Virus record (IMG/VR): IMGVR_UViG_3300040801_005898
Origin: a virus
Strand: one strand, 5' to 3'
Length of the DNA: 64,000 bases
In this document: positions 26,995 through 36,687 of the stretch, in pieces
Layout: each line of letters opens with the position of its first letter
How positions within the stretch are numbered: the first letter of the stretch is position 1
The notes under the pieces: model-generated
The model's input: only the letters and a program-made list of their open reading frames with translations
What the model was told of the DNA's origin: nothing
Database searches by the model: none
Program-made: the position numbers and the translations under genes

Positions 26995-27987
26995 TCACCT
27001 CGTTAATTTTTGAGCGCAAGTAGGACCATAACCTAATTGCTTGCTAATTTTGCTTTTTAACCAGCCGCCACAAAAAAAGCATCTCTCTTTATTTTGATAA
27101 TACCAGACTTTCACCTTATCCGTGCCCCAGTCTTGAAACAATTCGTACAAACGGATTATTTCTGACAAAGTGCGATCGCACTGTCTCTCTATTTCTGGAA
27201 TTGCCAACTCCCGACCAAGCCACTTGTTTTTAAACAGAATTATTGCAGTATGAGTTGTGGCAGGTGATTTAGATTTTTCATTTTGCAGACAAGTTATTTT
27301 TATATTTCCCTCTTTCCTCTCAAACCAATAAAAGTAGCCATCATATTGCAGTTTTATTTCTGGATATCCGCCATGTTTGAAATGTGGCGGATATAGCATT
27401 TTTTCTATTTCTGACAATAATTGAGAAGAAATGCGCTTTTGATATTCATCTTTGAGACCGCTATAAAAGTTGGTGAGGTCTTCCATGGCCAAACGGTGCG
27501 CCCAATACAATTGCTTTTCTGAAAGCGTGTACCCATCTGCTACCGCGTCCCAAAGACTTTCTCCAAATTTCCCGTCTAAATAACGAGTATAGTTTGCTGC
27601 TTCCTCATCACTTAGCAAAGTTACAATTTCTGGTTGGTCATAGTTCTCGATTTTTAGCGATCGCTTTTCTCCCCTACTCCTAATTAAGTAAAAATGCAGC
27701 AGAAACAAGTAGTAGTTTTTGGGATTAATATCGGGAAATAGTTTGAGGGCGACCGCTACTTCTTTTAGATATGTCTTATCTTCCAGTCTAAATATTTCAG
27801 CGATCGCCTCCTCATCCATCAGTGGAGTATTAACTTCAATACCGCAATAGGTAATAGTCCGAGTTTTTGCTCTAAGCCACATCCGACGTCGCCCTTCCTC
27901 ACCGCCCAAGACAGCAGAACCAGGTAAAGGGCCTGGCTTATTGCCACCTAATACTGCATCGTACTTTCTGGGTTGTTTCTGTGTCAT
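26995..27987 (-). CDS. hypothetical protein with C-terminal Zn finger (DUF6011-like)
   Basis: CFFCGGWLKSKISKQLGYGPTC; N-terminal PRKYDAVLGG...AVLGG.EG motif. Confidence 0.75.
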   Translation of the reverse strand: MTQKQPRKYDAVLGGNKPGPLPGSAVLGGEEGRRRMWLRAKTRTITYCGIEVNTPLMDEEAIAEIFRLEDKTYLKEVAVALKLFPDINPKNYYLFLLHFYLIRSRGEKRSLKIENYDQPEIVTLLSDEEAANYTRYLDGKFGESLWDAVADGYTLSEKQLYWAHRLAMEDLTNFYSGLKDEYQKRISSQLLSEIEKMLYPPHFKHGGYPEIKLQYDGYFYWFERKEGNIKITCLQNEKSKSPATTHTAIILFKNKWLGRELAIPEIERQCDRTLSEIIRLYELFQDWGTDKVKVWYYQNKERCFFCGGWLKSKISKQLGYGPTCAQKLTR

Positions 27988-28101
27988 TGCTGAAAAACTT
28001 GTAAGTTTGGTTTTAAACTCGATGAGGTTAATACTGAGAAAGTTAAAGAATCGTTGCTTCGAGCCTCGCTAGTAATAGAATGCTTGGGACCGATGCACCG
28101 G

Positions 28102-28368
28102 TTAGCTTTGCTTTGACTTTTCTTGCCTCTTTGTCTCTTGGGGTGAGCGATCGTTGCGTTGGTCTTCCCCGTCGTCGTCCGGTTCGTAGTTCCTGACGGT
28201 TCGATTGAGTGGGTACATTTTTGGAGCTACGGATCCTAAAAAATACTCAATTGCAAACGCTCCAAGGTTTGAAGTAGTTCGACCTTGCTCTCTTGCTAAA
28301 GATTCAAGGGTGACATAAACCTCGTTGGGTAAGGAAATATAGACTTTTTTTGTTTCCAGATTAGCCAT
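28102..28368 (-). CDS. ribbon-helix-helix (CopG-like) regulator
   Basis: KKVYISLPNEVYVTLESLAREQGRTTSNLGAFAIE. Confidence 0.85.
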   Translation of the reverse strand: MANLETKKVYISLPNEVYVTLESLAREQGRTTSNLGAFAIEYFLGSVAPKMYPLNRTVRNYEPDDDGEDQRNDRSPQETKRQEKSKQS

Positions 28369-28443
28369 TTTGCATCTTTATTTTAATAGCTGCCAATACT
28401 ATCCCATTCTACCTCTGAATAGCCAGGGATAATGGAGCATCGA

Positions 28444-28515
28444 ATATTAAGAATTGTTAAGACTTGTTAAGACTTTTGTTTAAGGGTTGCAAGAACAATC
28501 CCTTGCGGTTAAGCT
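28444..28515 (+). promoter_or_regulatory. promoter with upstream 10-bp phased repeats
   Basis: TTGTTAAGAC x2 plus degenerate copies (28444-28484); TTGCAA(28487)-N17-TAAGCT(28510). Confidence 0.6.
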
Positions 28516-28701
28516 AAGGATTAGCCGTTAATTGGACGTGGATAGTTTTAGATTAACCATCGTCTAACCGGCAAACGTCCGCACAAAACCTGTCCCCCAA
28601 CTGTCTCCAACAACCCCTAGAACCCCTTGGTATAGGCGCGTATCTCGGAGGGTGACGAGACAAGACAGCAGCGGGCTAACAACGTCCCCTATAGACCGCC
28701 T

Positions 28702-28869
28702 ATGCACAATCCTTTTTATATCGACAAACGGGAAGCGGCCCAAGTGTTGGGCCGTTCTTCCCAAACAATTTATAACTGGCAAAACCTGGCCATCGAAACT
28801 CTGGACGATTTCGCCAAAGCGGTAATCTATCAGGCCCAACATCATAAAGGAAAATTCAACGCCTACTAA
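28702..28869 (+). CDS. small HTH (excisionase/AlpA-like) protein, not in ORF track
   Basis: Manual translation MHNPFYIDKREAAQVLGRSSQTIYNWQNLAIETLDDFAKAV...AY*. Confidence 0.75.
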   Translation: MHNPFYIDKREAAQVLGRSSQTIYNWQNLAIETLDDFAKAVIYQAQHHKGKFNAY

Positions 28870-29165
28870 ATGCAAACTCAAGCCAAACCTCAAACCTTTT
28901 TCTTAGAGAAACAGACTCTTTAGCTAAAGCAATTACTAGGGGCATTGTTGCCTCTGAGGGTTACTTTTTGTCCGCTAAAAAATACCTTTTGGACAAAGAC
29001 GAGTTAACCTTTGACGATGCCCTAACCGTTTTAATCACTCTCCAGTACAGCCATTATCGCGGCTGTCTCCATCGTCAATTAACAGATGTCGCGGTTCGTC
29101 GGTTACGGAAAGCGATCGATATGCTGACCGACCCGATGCTTGACAAGTACCTGTTACCGGTCTAG
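28870..29165 (+). CDS. hypothetical protein, probably frameshifted near 28900
   Basis: ATG at 28870 follows the previous TAA; the frame of 28968..29165 is open back to ~28900, where a T5 run lies. Confidence 0.45.
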
Positions 29166-29517
29166 CAGTTAACCGCTTGTCAGCACCAAAAAAAAAGGCC
29201 AGAGATGATGTCTTTGGCCCTTTAATATTTGCTATTTCAGGTAAGGAAAATAAAAAAAACCGAATCCTACTCTAACGATACCATCCGTCAATTATTAATC
29301 GACCTAGAGAAAATGCAGCACTATCTCTTGATGGTTAAAGCTGCCGCTTTGGCGTTTGGCGGGTACTTTAACAAATACTGGATTCTTTAGAAATATTAGC
29401 TAAAGCTAGATTGCATAGATATTATGCCAGTACCTCAACCAGCTAATTAATTCTCGTTTCACTGCCCGCGTCCAAGGCATCATATCGGCGGTCAAATGTT
29501 CAACTAATAAGATAGAT

Positions 29518-30600
29518 ATGAGTGCATTTATTACGGAAAAAGCAGAAAAAGTGGCGATCGCTAAAACTATCGCAAACCAATTCAAGAACGAACTAGGTTT
29601 TGTAAATAGAGCAGCGTTAGAAGTGGCAAGCGAACGCAACGAATTAATCGTTAACAATTTAGGCTTTGTCCATTTTCACCACAGAAAAGACGGACAAACT
29701 ACTATTTACGAACTGGCAGTTGATAAGAAATGTCACGGTCAAGGTTGGGGAAGACTATTGTTTTTTAAAGTGTTGTGCGCCGCAATAGAAAAAGGTCAAT
29801 CATCTATTTTTTTGAAATGCCCTACGGATAATTCAAGCAACAGTTTTTATTCAAAACTAAGTTTTATTTTAGAAAAAGTAATTCCTGGAAAAAAGCGATC
29901 TTTAAATTGTTGGAGATACAAAATACAAACTCCGCTACTTTTTTACTGTGGTGATGGAGGTAGAAATAAGTACGGCAAAATTGCGTTGCGGCAAAATTGG
30001 CAGGTAGGTTATAAATCCGACGAATCCAAAGTTCGTTCTCATAAAGTCTCGATGTTGGACAATAATTTTAAAGATTATAACCATCAACAGCATCTTGAAG
30101 AAATAAAGTTTCACAAACCATTAATCGCAACAGCTTTAGATGTAACAAAAACTGTTGATTTGTCGGTAGTTTTAAATCAAGCTCAAGAAATTTCAAATTA
30201 TTGCGGCAGAGTGATTCTTATTCCTAAGTGCATTTTTGAACTACCAACCAACTTTAGCTATTGGTTGGGATATTCAATTCCTACATCCTATGGAGGAACG
30301 TTGGTCCCTGTATCGTTTTTTAACAAACCAACACACCTGTTAGGGGGAAGTCCTCAAGACCAAATTTTTTATGCGAGCAAACTTAAAAATGTAGTTTCTT
30401 TGGATGGAAATAGGGCAATGCAATTATCAAAATATGGGAAAAGCATTTATCCGGGAACTACAAGGTCTGGGAAAAAGATAGTTGAAGGATGCTATCCATC
30501 TTTTGAACTTTCACTAATAAAACAGCGAGAATTTTGGAATAATCAAAAGCTAGTTAAATGGCATTGGCTTGACGAACCTTTATTTCAAAGTTTATTATAG
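29518..30600 (+). CDS. GNAT acetyltransferase fused to a DUF6610-like TIM-barrel domain
   Basis: N-terminal IYELAVDKKCHGQGWGR (GNAT motif A); C-terminal MLDNNF, VILIPK, GYSIPTSYGG, HLLGGSP and SLDGN. Confidence 0.75.
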   Translation: MSAFITEKAEKVAIAKTIANQFKNELGFVNRAALEVASERNELIVNNLGFVHFHHRKDGQTTIYELAVDKKCHGQGWGRLLFFKVLCAAIEKGQSSIFLKCPTDNSSNSFYSKLSFILEKVIPGKKRSLNCWRYKIQTPLLFYCGDGGRNKYGKIALRQNWQVGYKSDESKVRSHKVSMLDNNFKDYNHQQHLEEIKFHKPLIATALDVTKTVDLSVVLNQAQEISNYCGRVILIPKCIFELPTNFSYWLGYSIPTSYGGTLVPVSFFNKPTHLLGGSPQDQIFYASKLKNVVSLDGNRAMQLSKYGKSIYPGTTRSGKKIVEGCYPSFELSLIKQREFWNNQKLVKWHWLDEPLFQSLL

Positions 30601-30658
30601 AAACACTTTTGCCAGCTAATCTCCATTCTTCACTTTCTCTAATGCCTAAAACAATAGC

Positions 30659-30706
30659 GAGATGGCCAGATTAAGTTTGGTAACGCGGCTGGCCATCTCT
30701 TTTTTT
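30659..30706 (+). terminator. intrinsic terminator
   Basis: GAGATGGCCAG/CTGGCCATCTC stem plus T-tract. Confidence 0.85.
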
Positions 30707-31060
30707 AAAAGCTGGACATTTATATTTAAGTCCAACTTGCAAATGTCCACTTTTACTAAAAATGTAAAAAATGCAATTGGCCGGGCCAAAATTAGCGTTT
30801 AAGAACTAAAACCTATTTACTTACAAGGGTTATAGCCCTTCAAAGGTAAAATCATTTGATAAATAAAAATTTGTTTTTAAGCGCTATCGTGATAAAAAGA
30901 AAGGTAGTAGTTGCTTTTTTAATTAACTACTATCAGGGCCTACAAAAGCTAACCCCAAAAAATATGCACTTAGCCCCATTGCAGTCGCAAAGGCCGCACA
31001 ATTTTGATTTGCTGGTAGTGCCCAGTAATGTCCAGAATGTAGATAAGCGAACACTAAAAT

Positions 31061-31543
31061 TTGTCCGCATACCTCCGAGGAAACACAGTGTCAGACTGTA
31101 ACAACAGCGCAAAAATCTGGGTAGCGATCGCTTACGGCGACACCTTAGCCCAAGCATCTGCAAACTACCTAAATATCTTTGCTGCGGAGCATTATCCGTG
31201 GCACAGATGCCAAACCGACACCGGGAGCGTATTTACTCCTGGATGGCAATTTTCGGTTAGCGGGGCATTCATGCCTCAAGATGCGGAGTTCGATCCAAAG
31301 CGCGAACTCCAGCAGATAAGACAGCTAACCCAAAATTTTTATACAGGAAGGTTAGTCCCACTTCCAGATTTACATAAATCTGCCATGACAATTGTCGATA
31401 AACAGTTGCAGGCAATTTACAAAGACGAGAATTTGTGGAGACTATCTTCTCCTATGTCGGAACCGGAAAAAAGGCAATGGCACGATCGCTTTTTATGGAA
31501 CGAGCGATCGACTGTGATACGAGAAGAAATGAAAATTGGCTAG
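31061..31543 (+). CDS. hypothetical protein
   Basis: 160-aa ORF with plausible composition. Confidence 0.6.
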   Translation: MSAYLRGNTVSDCNNSAKIWVAIAYGDTLAQASANYLNIFAAEHYPWHRCQTDTGSVFTPGWQFSVSGAFMPQDAEFDPKRELQQIRQLTQNFYTGRLVPLPDLHKSAMTIVDKQLQAIYKDENLWRLSSPMSEPEKRQWHDRFLWNERSTVIREEMKIG

Positions 31544-31624
31544 ATATTTTTGAACTGACGGTGTTTGCCTTAACTCCAAACAAAAACGAAAAGCAAAGCA
31601 AAACAAAACAAAACTAAATCAACA

Positions 31625-32323
31625 ATGGTTAAAACAATGGTTAAAACAAGCGAAAAACCGACAATATCTGTATTTGGTGCCAAACCCAAAGAAGCTATTT
31701 TAGTTCCAGAAATTCCCATCGTCGTTCGCAACAATTGTCAATCGGGGCAATGGACGATAGGAGACACTGATTACGGTTCCAAATGTTCCATGACAGTCCT
31801 CAAATTTAGTAAGTTTTTTGGCAACATGGGGCAGACTTCTAATACCTTATGGGGACAATTGTGGTTTGTGGCCGAATCCGGCGAATTACCCCAAGGAGTT
31901 GTTATGGCAACATATATAAAATCTCGTTCTTTAGGAGATTTTAATCGTTTAGTTGCCTCAGTTCAATCGCGGGGAGTGGAGCCGGCGGTAGGGATTTTTA
32001 TACCCGAATTTGTAAAGCACTCCGGCCAGAAACCAGACGAAAATGGGGTAGTAAAACCCATCAATTATTACAGCTTAAAATGGCAGTGGAAAGAGCGAAC
32101 TGATTGGTCGGCGATCGAGCAAGCGGCAGTAGTTTTAGATGACGAAACCAATCAATCGCGCATCATAGATTTAGAAGGAACTCGGCAAATGGTTTGCTTA
32201 GATAATTTGCCGCCATCGGAAATTGCTAGCTTGATGGGCGCTCATAACGATAACGATTTAGAGGTTCCAAGTTTAAATCCTAGCGAAAATGCTGTTTTAC
32301 CTTCCACTGATCCTGACTTTTAA
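31625..32323 (+). CDS. putative ssDNA-binding protein
   Basis: Beta-rich with aromatic residues, acidic tail (…STDPDF), located directly upstream of the Rep gene. Confidence 0.5.
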   Translation: MVKTMVKTSEKPTISVFGAKPKEAILVPEIPIVVRNNCQSGQWTIGDTDYGSKCSMTVLKFSKFFGNMGQTSNTLWGQLWFVAESGELPQGVVMATYIKSRSLGDFNRLVASVQSRGVEPAVGIFIPEFVKHSGQKPDENGVVKPINYYSLKWQWKERTDWSAIEQAAVVLDDETNQSRIIDLEGTRQMVCLDNLPPSEIASLMGAHNDNDLEVPSLNPSENAVLPSTDPDF

Positions 32324-32334
32324 ACTCGAATAGT

Positions 32335-32371
32335 AGCGATCGCCTTTAATTCAAGAGCGATCGCTCTTTTT
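32335..32371 (+). terminator. terminator whose stem is formed by two HIP1 sites
   Basis: AGCGATCGC-CTTTAATTCAAGA-GCGATCGCT followed by CTTTTT. Confidence 0.7.
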
Positions 32372-32470
32372 AACCCTGGTAACAGCCTGGTTTAGTTTAA
32401 CAGTTAAATCTGTTTGAATAGATTGGAATCTTCGTCGTTTTAACACGGAGAGGATGTCAATTAGCAAAAA

Positions 32471-32496
32471 AAAGGGGGGATATTTATCCCCCCTTT
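32471..32496. other. G6/C6 hairpin upstream of rep (possible origin element)
   Basis: AAAGGGGGGAT/ATCCCCCCTTT perfect 11-bp stem. Confidence 0.45.
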
Positions 32497-32547
32497 AAAA
32501 ATATTAATCAATCATTAATTCTGAAACAGCAAACAATTGATTCTATT

Positions 32548-35500
32548 ATGACACAAAATAATCATTCCGTCACAAAAAGTTTAATCCAAGAAGTCCTTGA
32601 TTCTAAGAAAAAGAAAAAAGGCCGCTATTATCGTTGTCCAGTTTGCGACGATTATAATCTCTGGGTAACAAACCGCAAGTTTGGTTGCGCTGCCGGCGAC
32701 GACTGGAATATGGTAAGGGTTGGAATACTTAAAAAAGCGGGACTTTGGGAAGACTACAAGAGCGATCGCTCCCAAACCTACCAGCAAAGGTACGACGCGC
32801 CACCTCAGTATCTTTCTGAGGAAGTAAAAGCAGAACTGGCCCAAAGCTGGCGGCCTGGTTCTGACCCAGAATTAAATAAAGATGACCCATCAACTTATCC
32901 AAGGGAAATAGTATGGGCACTTAACTTTTCCAGCATCAAAGGAGAAGGATACATTCGAGGGTTTTTGCATAACTCCTATTATCACGGGAGTATGGAAGGT
33001 TGGATTTCCACAATGGGAAATGGCGATCCATCTTGTAACCAATTTAAGCCAACCATTCCTTACCAAAAGCGCGATATCAAAAGCGCAAAAAGATGCACTT
33101 TTTGGCTGCTAACTTATTTGGCCACTGGCCAAATACCCCGTGGATGGCAACAATATCTTCAGCTATTTGGTGGGGATAGTGCAAAATATTTAACATCTCG
33201 GAAAGGATACGGGGCCCTGATTCCCAAAATCCCTTATCAGGGCCCGACATATTGGGAAAATATCAAGGCAGATAAGTCCATTCCTTTAGAAGGTTTGGAA
33301 GGCGCAAAGAAGACAGCGGCAAATTTATTTTGCTTGGGAATCCCATCTATCGGTTTTTGCGGCGTAGAGATGTGGGGGATAAAAGAAACCGCCGAACAAA
33401 AAGCAGACTTAACGCACGATCGCGAGATTCTCCCAGAAGCGGCAGAGTTGATACGCGATCGCCAAGACTACACGATTAAATTTGATGCAGACTGTTTGAG
33501 AAAGCCGGGAGTATTGCGGGCAATAATTCATCACGGCCTGGCAGCGCAAAAAATTGGTGCGACAGTTTATGTTGCTCTTTGGGATGAGAAATATGGAAAG
33601 GGGATTGATGATGTTATCGCTTCGGGCCATGATGCAAGCTATGGGGGAGGCATTGTCAGAAAGCTGCCTTTTGCCCAATTTCTCAAAGAAAATCCCCTGC
33701 CCGAACAGGAGGAAATGCAAACAACTTTCAAAAGTTTTGCCTATAAGCTGTTTCAGAATTTTAGAGGGGCGTGCCAAAAAGAAGTAGAGAGAACCATCGC
33801 TAAGGCAGAAAGAAAAACTGAGATATCAGATACCGGAAAAATTACGGAATACAAGGGGAGCGATCGCCTTAAAACTTGGTACGAGTTAAAAACGCCGCTA
33901 AACCTCGACACAAGTTTTACTGGAAGCGGCAAATCCCATGCTTGCGGGAGCCTAAATACCGATCGCTTCGATGCTGAACGAATTATCTATCTCCACTCTC
34001 AACACGCCAATCCCCCCACTGAATCTTTGGGAAAGTGGGACGACTTGCCGCCTCGCCACAACGGGTTGATAGCATCTGGCAGGAAAAATCCCGATGGTTC
34101 CCCTCATATTTCATGGCCTTGCCAAGGACAAACCCCCAACATTCCCGGAAATTGCAAATATGCGCATCTATTTGTCGCGGGGCAAGAAAAAAACGTGCCC
34201 CATGAGGATTTAAAAGCAATTTGCAATAATTGTGAATTCGGCAAAAAACTTGACAAAGATGGGAAGGTAGAAAGTCATCTCTGCGCAACGGACGAAGGAG
34301 AAGGATACGGCTACAAGCTGGCAAGAGCGAGGGCGCTGCTTTCTCCAAATCTTAGAGCGCACCCTGCATCCCTCCCCCCTGACGATGACTACTCCCAAAC
34401 GGTGTTATTTTGGGACGAATTTGACACTCAATTTAGCAACAGTAAGTCTTTCTCTGTTACTAAAAACAAAATCATTCAAGATTTTGCCGAATTAGAACTT
34501 AAAGATAATGCCTTGTTTGGGGAATTGACTCCCATACGCCTCGTGCTATTAGAAATTTTTGCATTAGACAAAATACCTCGCTACGGGTATAGCGATCGCG
34601 AACTCAGACAAAGATTTAAAGCGAAAATCTCTGAATCAAACCCGACATTATTTGCGACAGAATCCGAATGGTGGGATATGGCGGTTGTCTGTACTACTCG
34701 GCTATTTTCCATAAATTTAGAAAAGGAAATAGCAGCGAAAGGATTAGACAATTTACAATTCCCTTTGCAATGGATGTCAGATTTTTTGCGCATATTAAGA
34801 AACGAAAGTCATGGGGCGATGACCTTCGATAAAGACGCTTTGACATTGACAATTCGAGATGACAAAGCGAATAACATCATCAAATCAGCAAAACTTAATA
34901 TATTTGCCGATGCCACTGCCGATCCAGGTTTGGTGGCGCAAGTTTTAGGAGTAAGCAGAGATGAGTTAAACATAATCCGAGAAATAACTCCACGACATGA
35001 CAATCTCAAAATTGTACAGGTAGATTTTGAGAGGCATATTACGAAGGGCGATCGCTCTAACGAATTAAATCATCGCCTCGATGCCGCCCATAAAACGCTT
35101 CGAGAAAAATACAAGAGCCAATTGGTAACGTTTAACTACAAAACAAATGCGGCAGAAGGGGACTTAATCCAATTTGCCGACAACCGGGGTATTAATCACG
35201 CTGAAAAGAAAAAAGCTCTTTGTACTGTAGGCGATCCGTATGTTCATCGAGGAGCGATCGCTGTTCGGTTTCAAATATCTTTTGGGCGATCGCCCAACTT
35301 AGATGGCAGTGACAAAGAGTTTGAGGACTATTACACAAACTACTGTCAGGCAGAAGTAGTGCAGATGGTAGGTCGTCTCCGCGCTGCCAGAAGGCAGAAG
35401 GAAGATTTAACCTATTACCACTTTGGCAATTTGGATCTGTCGTTTTTACAAGAGGCATTACCGGGATGCCAATATCAAAGAATTATGGCCAAAGACTTAA

Positions 35501-36012
35501 CTCCCGATGCCGCCCCACGAGATATTCGATTTAAGGTTGATTTGATAGAATCGGCGATCGATTTAGTCAAAAATGGCGTGACAGTCACCCAATCAGTTTT
35601 GGCCCAAAAACTGTCGGTAACACAAGGGGCCATTAGTAAGTTTGCTCGAAAATTGGCGGGGGGTTGGTGGTTCATAAAAGCATTATTCCAAACTCTATTA
35701 GATAGCTTTTCTAGAGGTTGGAATAATTTAGAAACAATGCTGGAAGTGCTGACAGAAGAGGAACGCGACTGGCTGGATGGTTATCTCGAACCTTATCTTG
35801 AGGTCGCGTTCCACGGGAAAAATTCTCCAGAAGAAGAAACCCTAATCTTAGGGTTCAATACTTTACTAAAACACCTCAAACCTGGTAGAGTTTTTGCTCT
35901 AGTTAGATCGTTAAGCATTGAACGGCAGTTTCAATTGTTGAAATATTTGATTCAAATAACTGGATTAGATATAATAGACTTATCGCCGCATTTGCATTTC
36001 TTAACAACTTGA
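32548..36012 (+). CDS. DUF3854 primase/Rep protein with Zn finger, helicase-like domain and C-terminal HTH
   Basis: CPVC..C Zn finger; EGAKKT, KFDAD, KGIDD (Toprim-like DUF3854); TGSGKS and WDE; VTQSVLAQKLSVTQGAISK. Confidence 0.85.
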   Translation: MTQNNHSVTKSLIQEVLDSKKKKKGRYYRCPVCDDYNLWVTNRKFGCAAGDDWNMVRVGILKKAGLWEDYKSDRSQTYQQRYDAPPQYLSEEVKAELAQSWRPGSDPELNKDDPSTYPREIVWALNFSSIKGEGYIRGFLHNSYYHGSMEGWISTMGNGDPSCNQFKPTIPYQKRDIKSAKRCTFWLLTYLATGQIPRGWQQYLQLFGGDSAKYLTSRKGYGALIPKIPYQGPTYWENIKADKSIPLEGLEGAKKTAANLFCLGIPSIGFCGVEMWGIKETAEQKADLTHDREILPEAAELIRDRQDYTIKFDADCLRKPGVLRAIIHHGLAAQKIGATVYVALWDEKYGKGIDDVIASGHDASYGGGIVRKLPFAQFLKENPLPEQEEMQTTFKSFAYKLFQNFRGACQKEVERTIAKAERKTEISDTGKITEYKGSDRLKTWYELKTPLNLDTSFTGSGKSHACGSLNTDRFDAERIIYLHSQHANPPTESLGKWDDLPPRHNGLIASGRKNPDGSPHISWPCQGQTPNIPGNCKYAHLFVAGQEKNVPHEDLKAICNNCEFGKKLDKDGKVESHLCATDEGEGYGYKLARARALLSPNLRAHPASLPPDDDYSQTVLFWDEFDTQFSNSKSFSVTKNKIIQDFAELELKDNALFGELTPIRLVLLEIFALDKIPRYGYSDRELRQRFKAKISESNPTLFATESEWWDMAVVCTTRLFSINLEKEIAAKGLDNLQFPLQWMSDFLRILRNESHGAMTFDKDALTLTIRDDKANNIIKSAKLNIFADATADPGLVAQVLGVSRDELNIIREITPRHDNLKIVQVDFERHITKGDRSNELNHRLDAAHKTLREKYKSQLVTFNYKTNAAEGDLIQFADNRGINHAEKKKALCTVGDPYVHRGAIAVRFQISFGRSPNLDGSDKEFEDYYTNYCQAEVVQMVGRLRAARRQKEDLTYYHFGNLDLSFLQEALPGCQYQRIMAKDLTPDAAPRDIRFKVDLIESAIDLVKNGVTVTQSVLAQKLSVTQGAISKFARKLAGGWWFIKALFQTLLDSFSRGWNNLETMLEVLTEEERDWLDGYLEPYLEVAFHGKNSPEEETLILGFNTLLKHLKPGRVFALVRSLSIERQFQLLKYLIQITGLDIIDLSPHLHFLTT

Positions 36013-36125
36013 CACTCCCCGGTCTAAAGACGCGGGGATTCTTGGTTCACAGACTTGCCATCACCAAGCAGGATTTCTCCAACCAAGCCAGAGGGCGAAT
36101 CTCCTGAAGCGTAAATTCCAGCGTA
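36009..36125 (-). mobile_element. IS200/IS605-family right end with tnpB 3' remnant (non-autonomous)
   Basis: Minus strand encodes GIYASGDSPSGLVGEILLGDGKSVNQESPRL* (TnpB C-tail pattern), then subterminal hairpin CCCCGCGTCTTTAGACCGGGG and end GTGTCAA. Confidence 0.8.
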
Positions 36126-36216
36126 CTCCTTATTGGCGAGCAAATTTAGCATTAGTGCGCCAGCATAGATTAAGATTTATTTTAAATTTTATTAGATTTA
36201 TTTTAAATTCGGAAGG

Positions 36217-36644
36217 TTAAATAAGGGGTTCTTCAGGTAAGTTTTCCTCTTCGACAGGAGTTCCAAACCACCCATTATTTTTTAAATATTCCTCATCAAC
36301 CAACTGTTGATACCAGATTGCCGGAAGCATTTGCTGTAGGTTTACCTTTGCATTCCTGTAGGTATTTATTTTGTTTGCACGTCAATAACCTCTTGGAGGG
36401 TAATATAACCCGCATCAACAAAAAACTGTAAAAAATCATCGAATAAATGCTTGTCTGCGTTTTGATGGATTGGGAAGGATTCTGATTCGATTGGCAATCT
36501 CACTTCCCCTGTAGTTGGGTGAATTATCGGGGAAGCATAATATTTTGTTATCTTTTGGGAATCAGGATTGGTTAGTTCCCAGAAAAGTTTTTTTAAGATG
36601 TTTGCTCTTTCTAAATTCGAAACAGGGACGTACAAAATGGTCAT
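36217..36644 (-). CDS. tail-associated protein, apparently frameshifted at ~36368
   Basis: ORF stops at ACA AAA TAA; the -1 frame continues INTYRNAKVNLQQMLPAIW...EEPLI*. Confidence 0.55.
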
Positions 36645-36687
36645 CTTCTCGTTTCCTCGTGTTTTATCATTAAAAGTGAGACTTGGC

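Noticed and set aside
28564-28893. 109-aa minus-strand ORF
   Set aside because: Shadow of a better plus-strand HTH ORF (28702-28869).
30856-31163. ORFs 30856..31101 (+) and 30933..31163 (-)
   Set aside because: Weak starts, low-complexity AT-rich translations and mutual overlap; probably intergenic.
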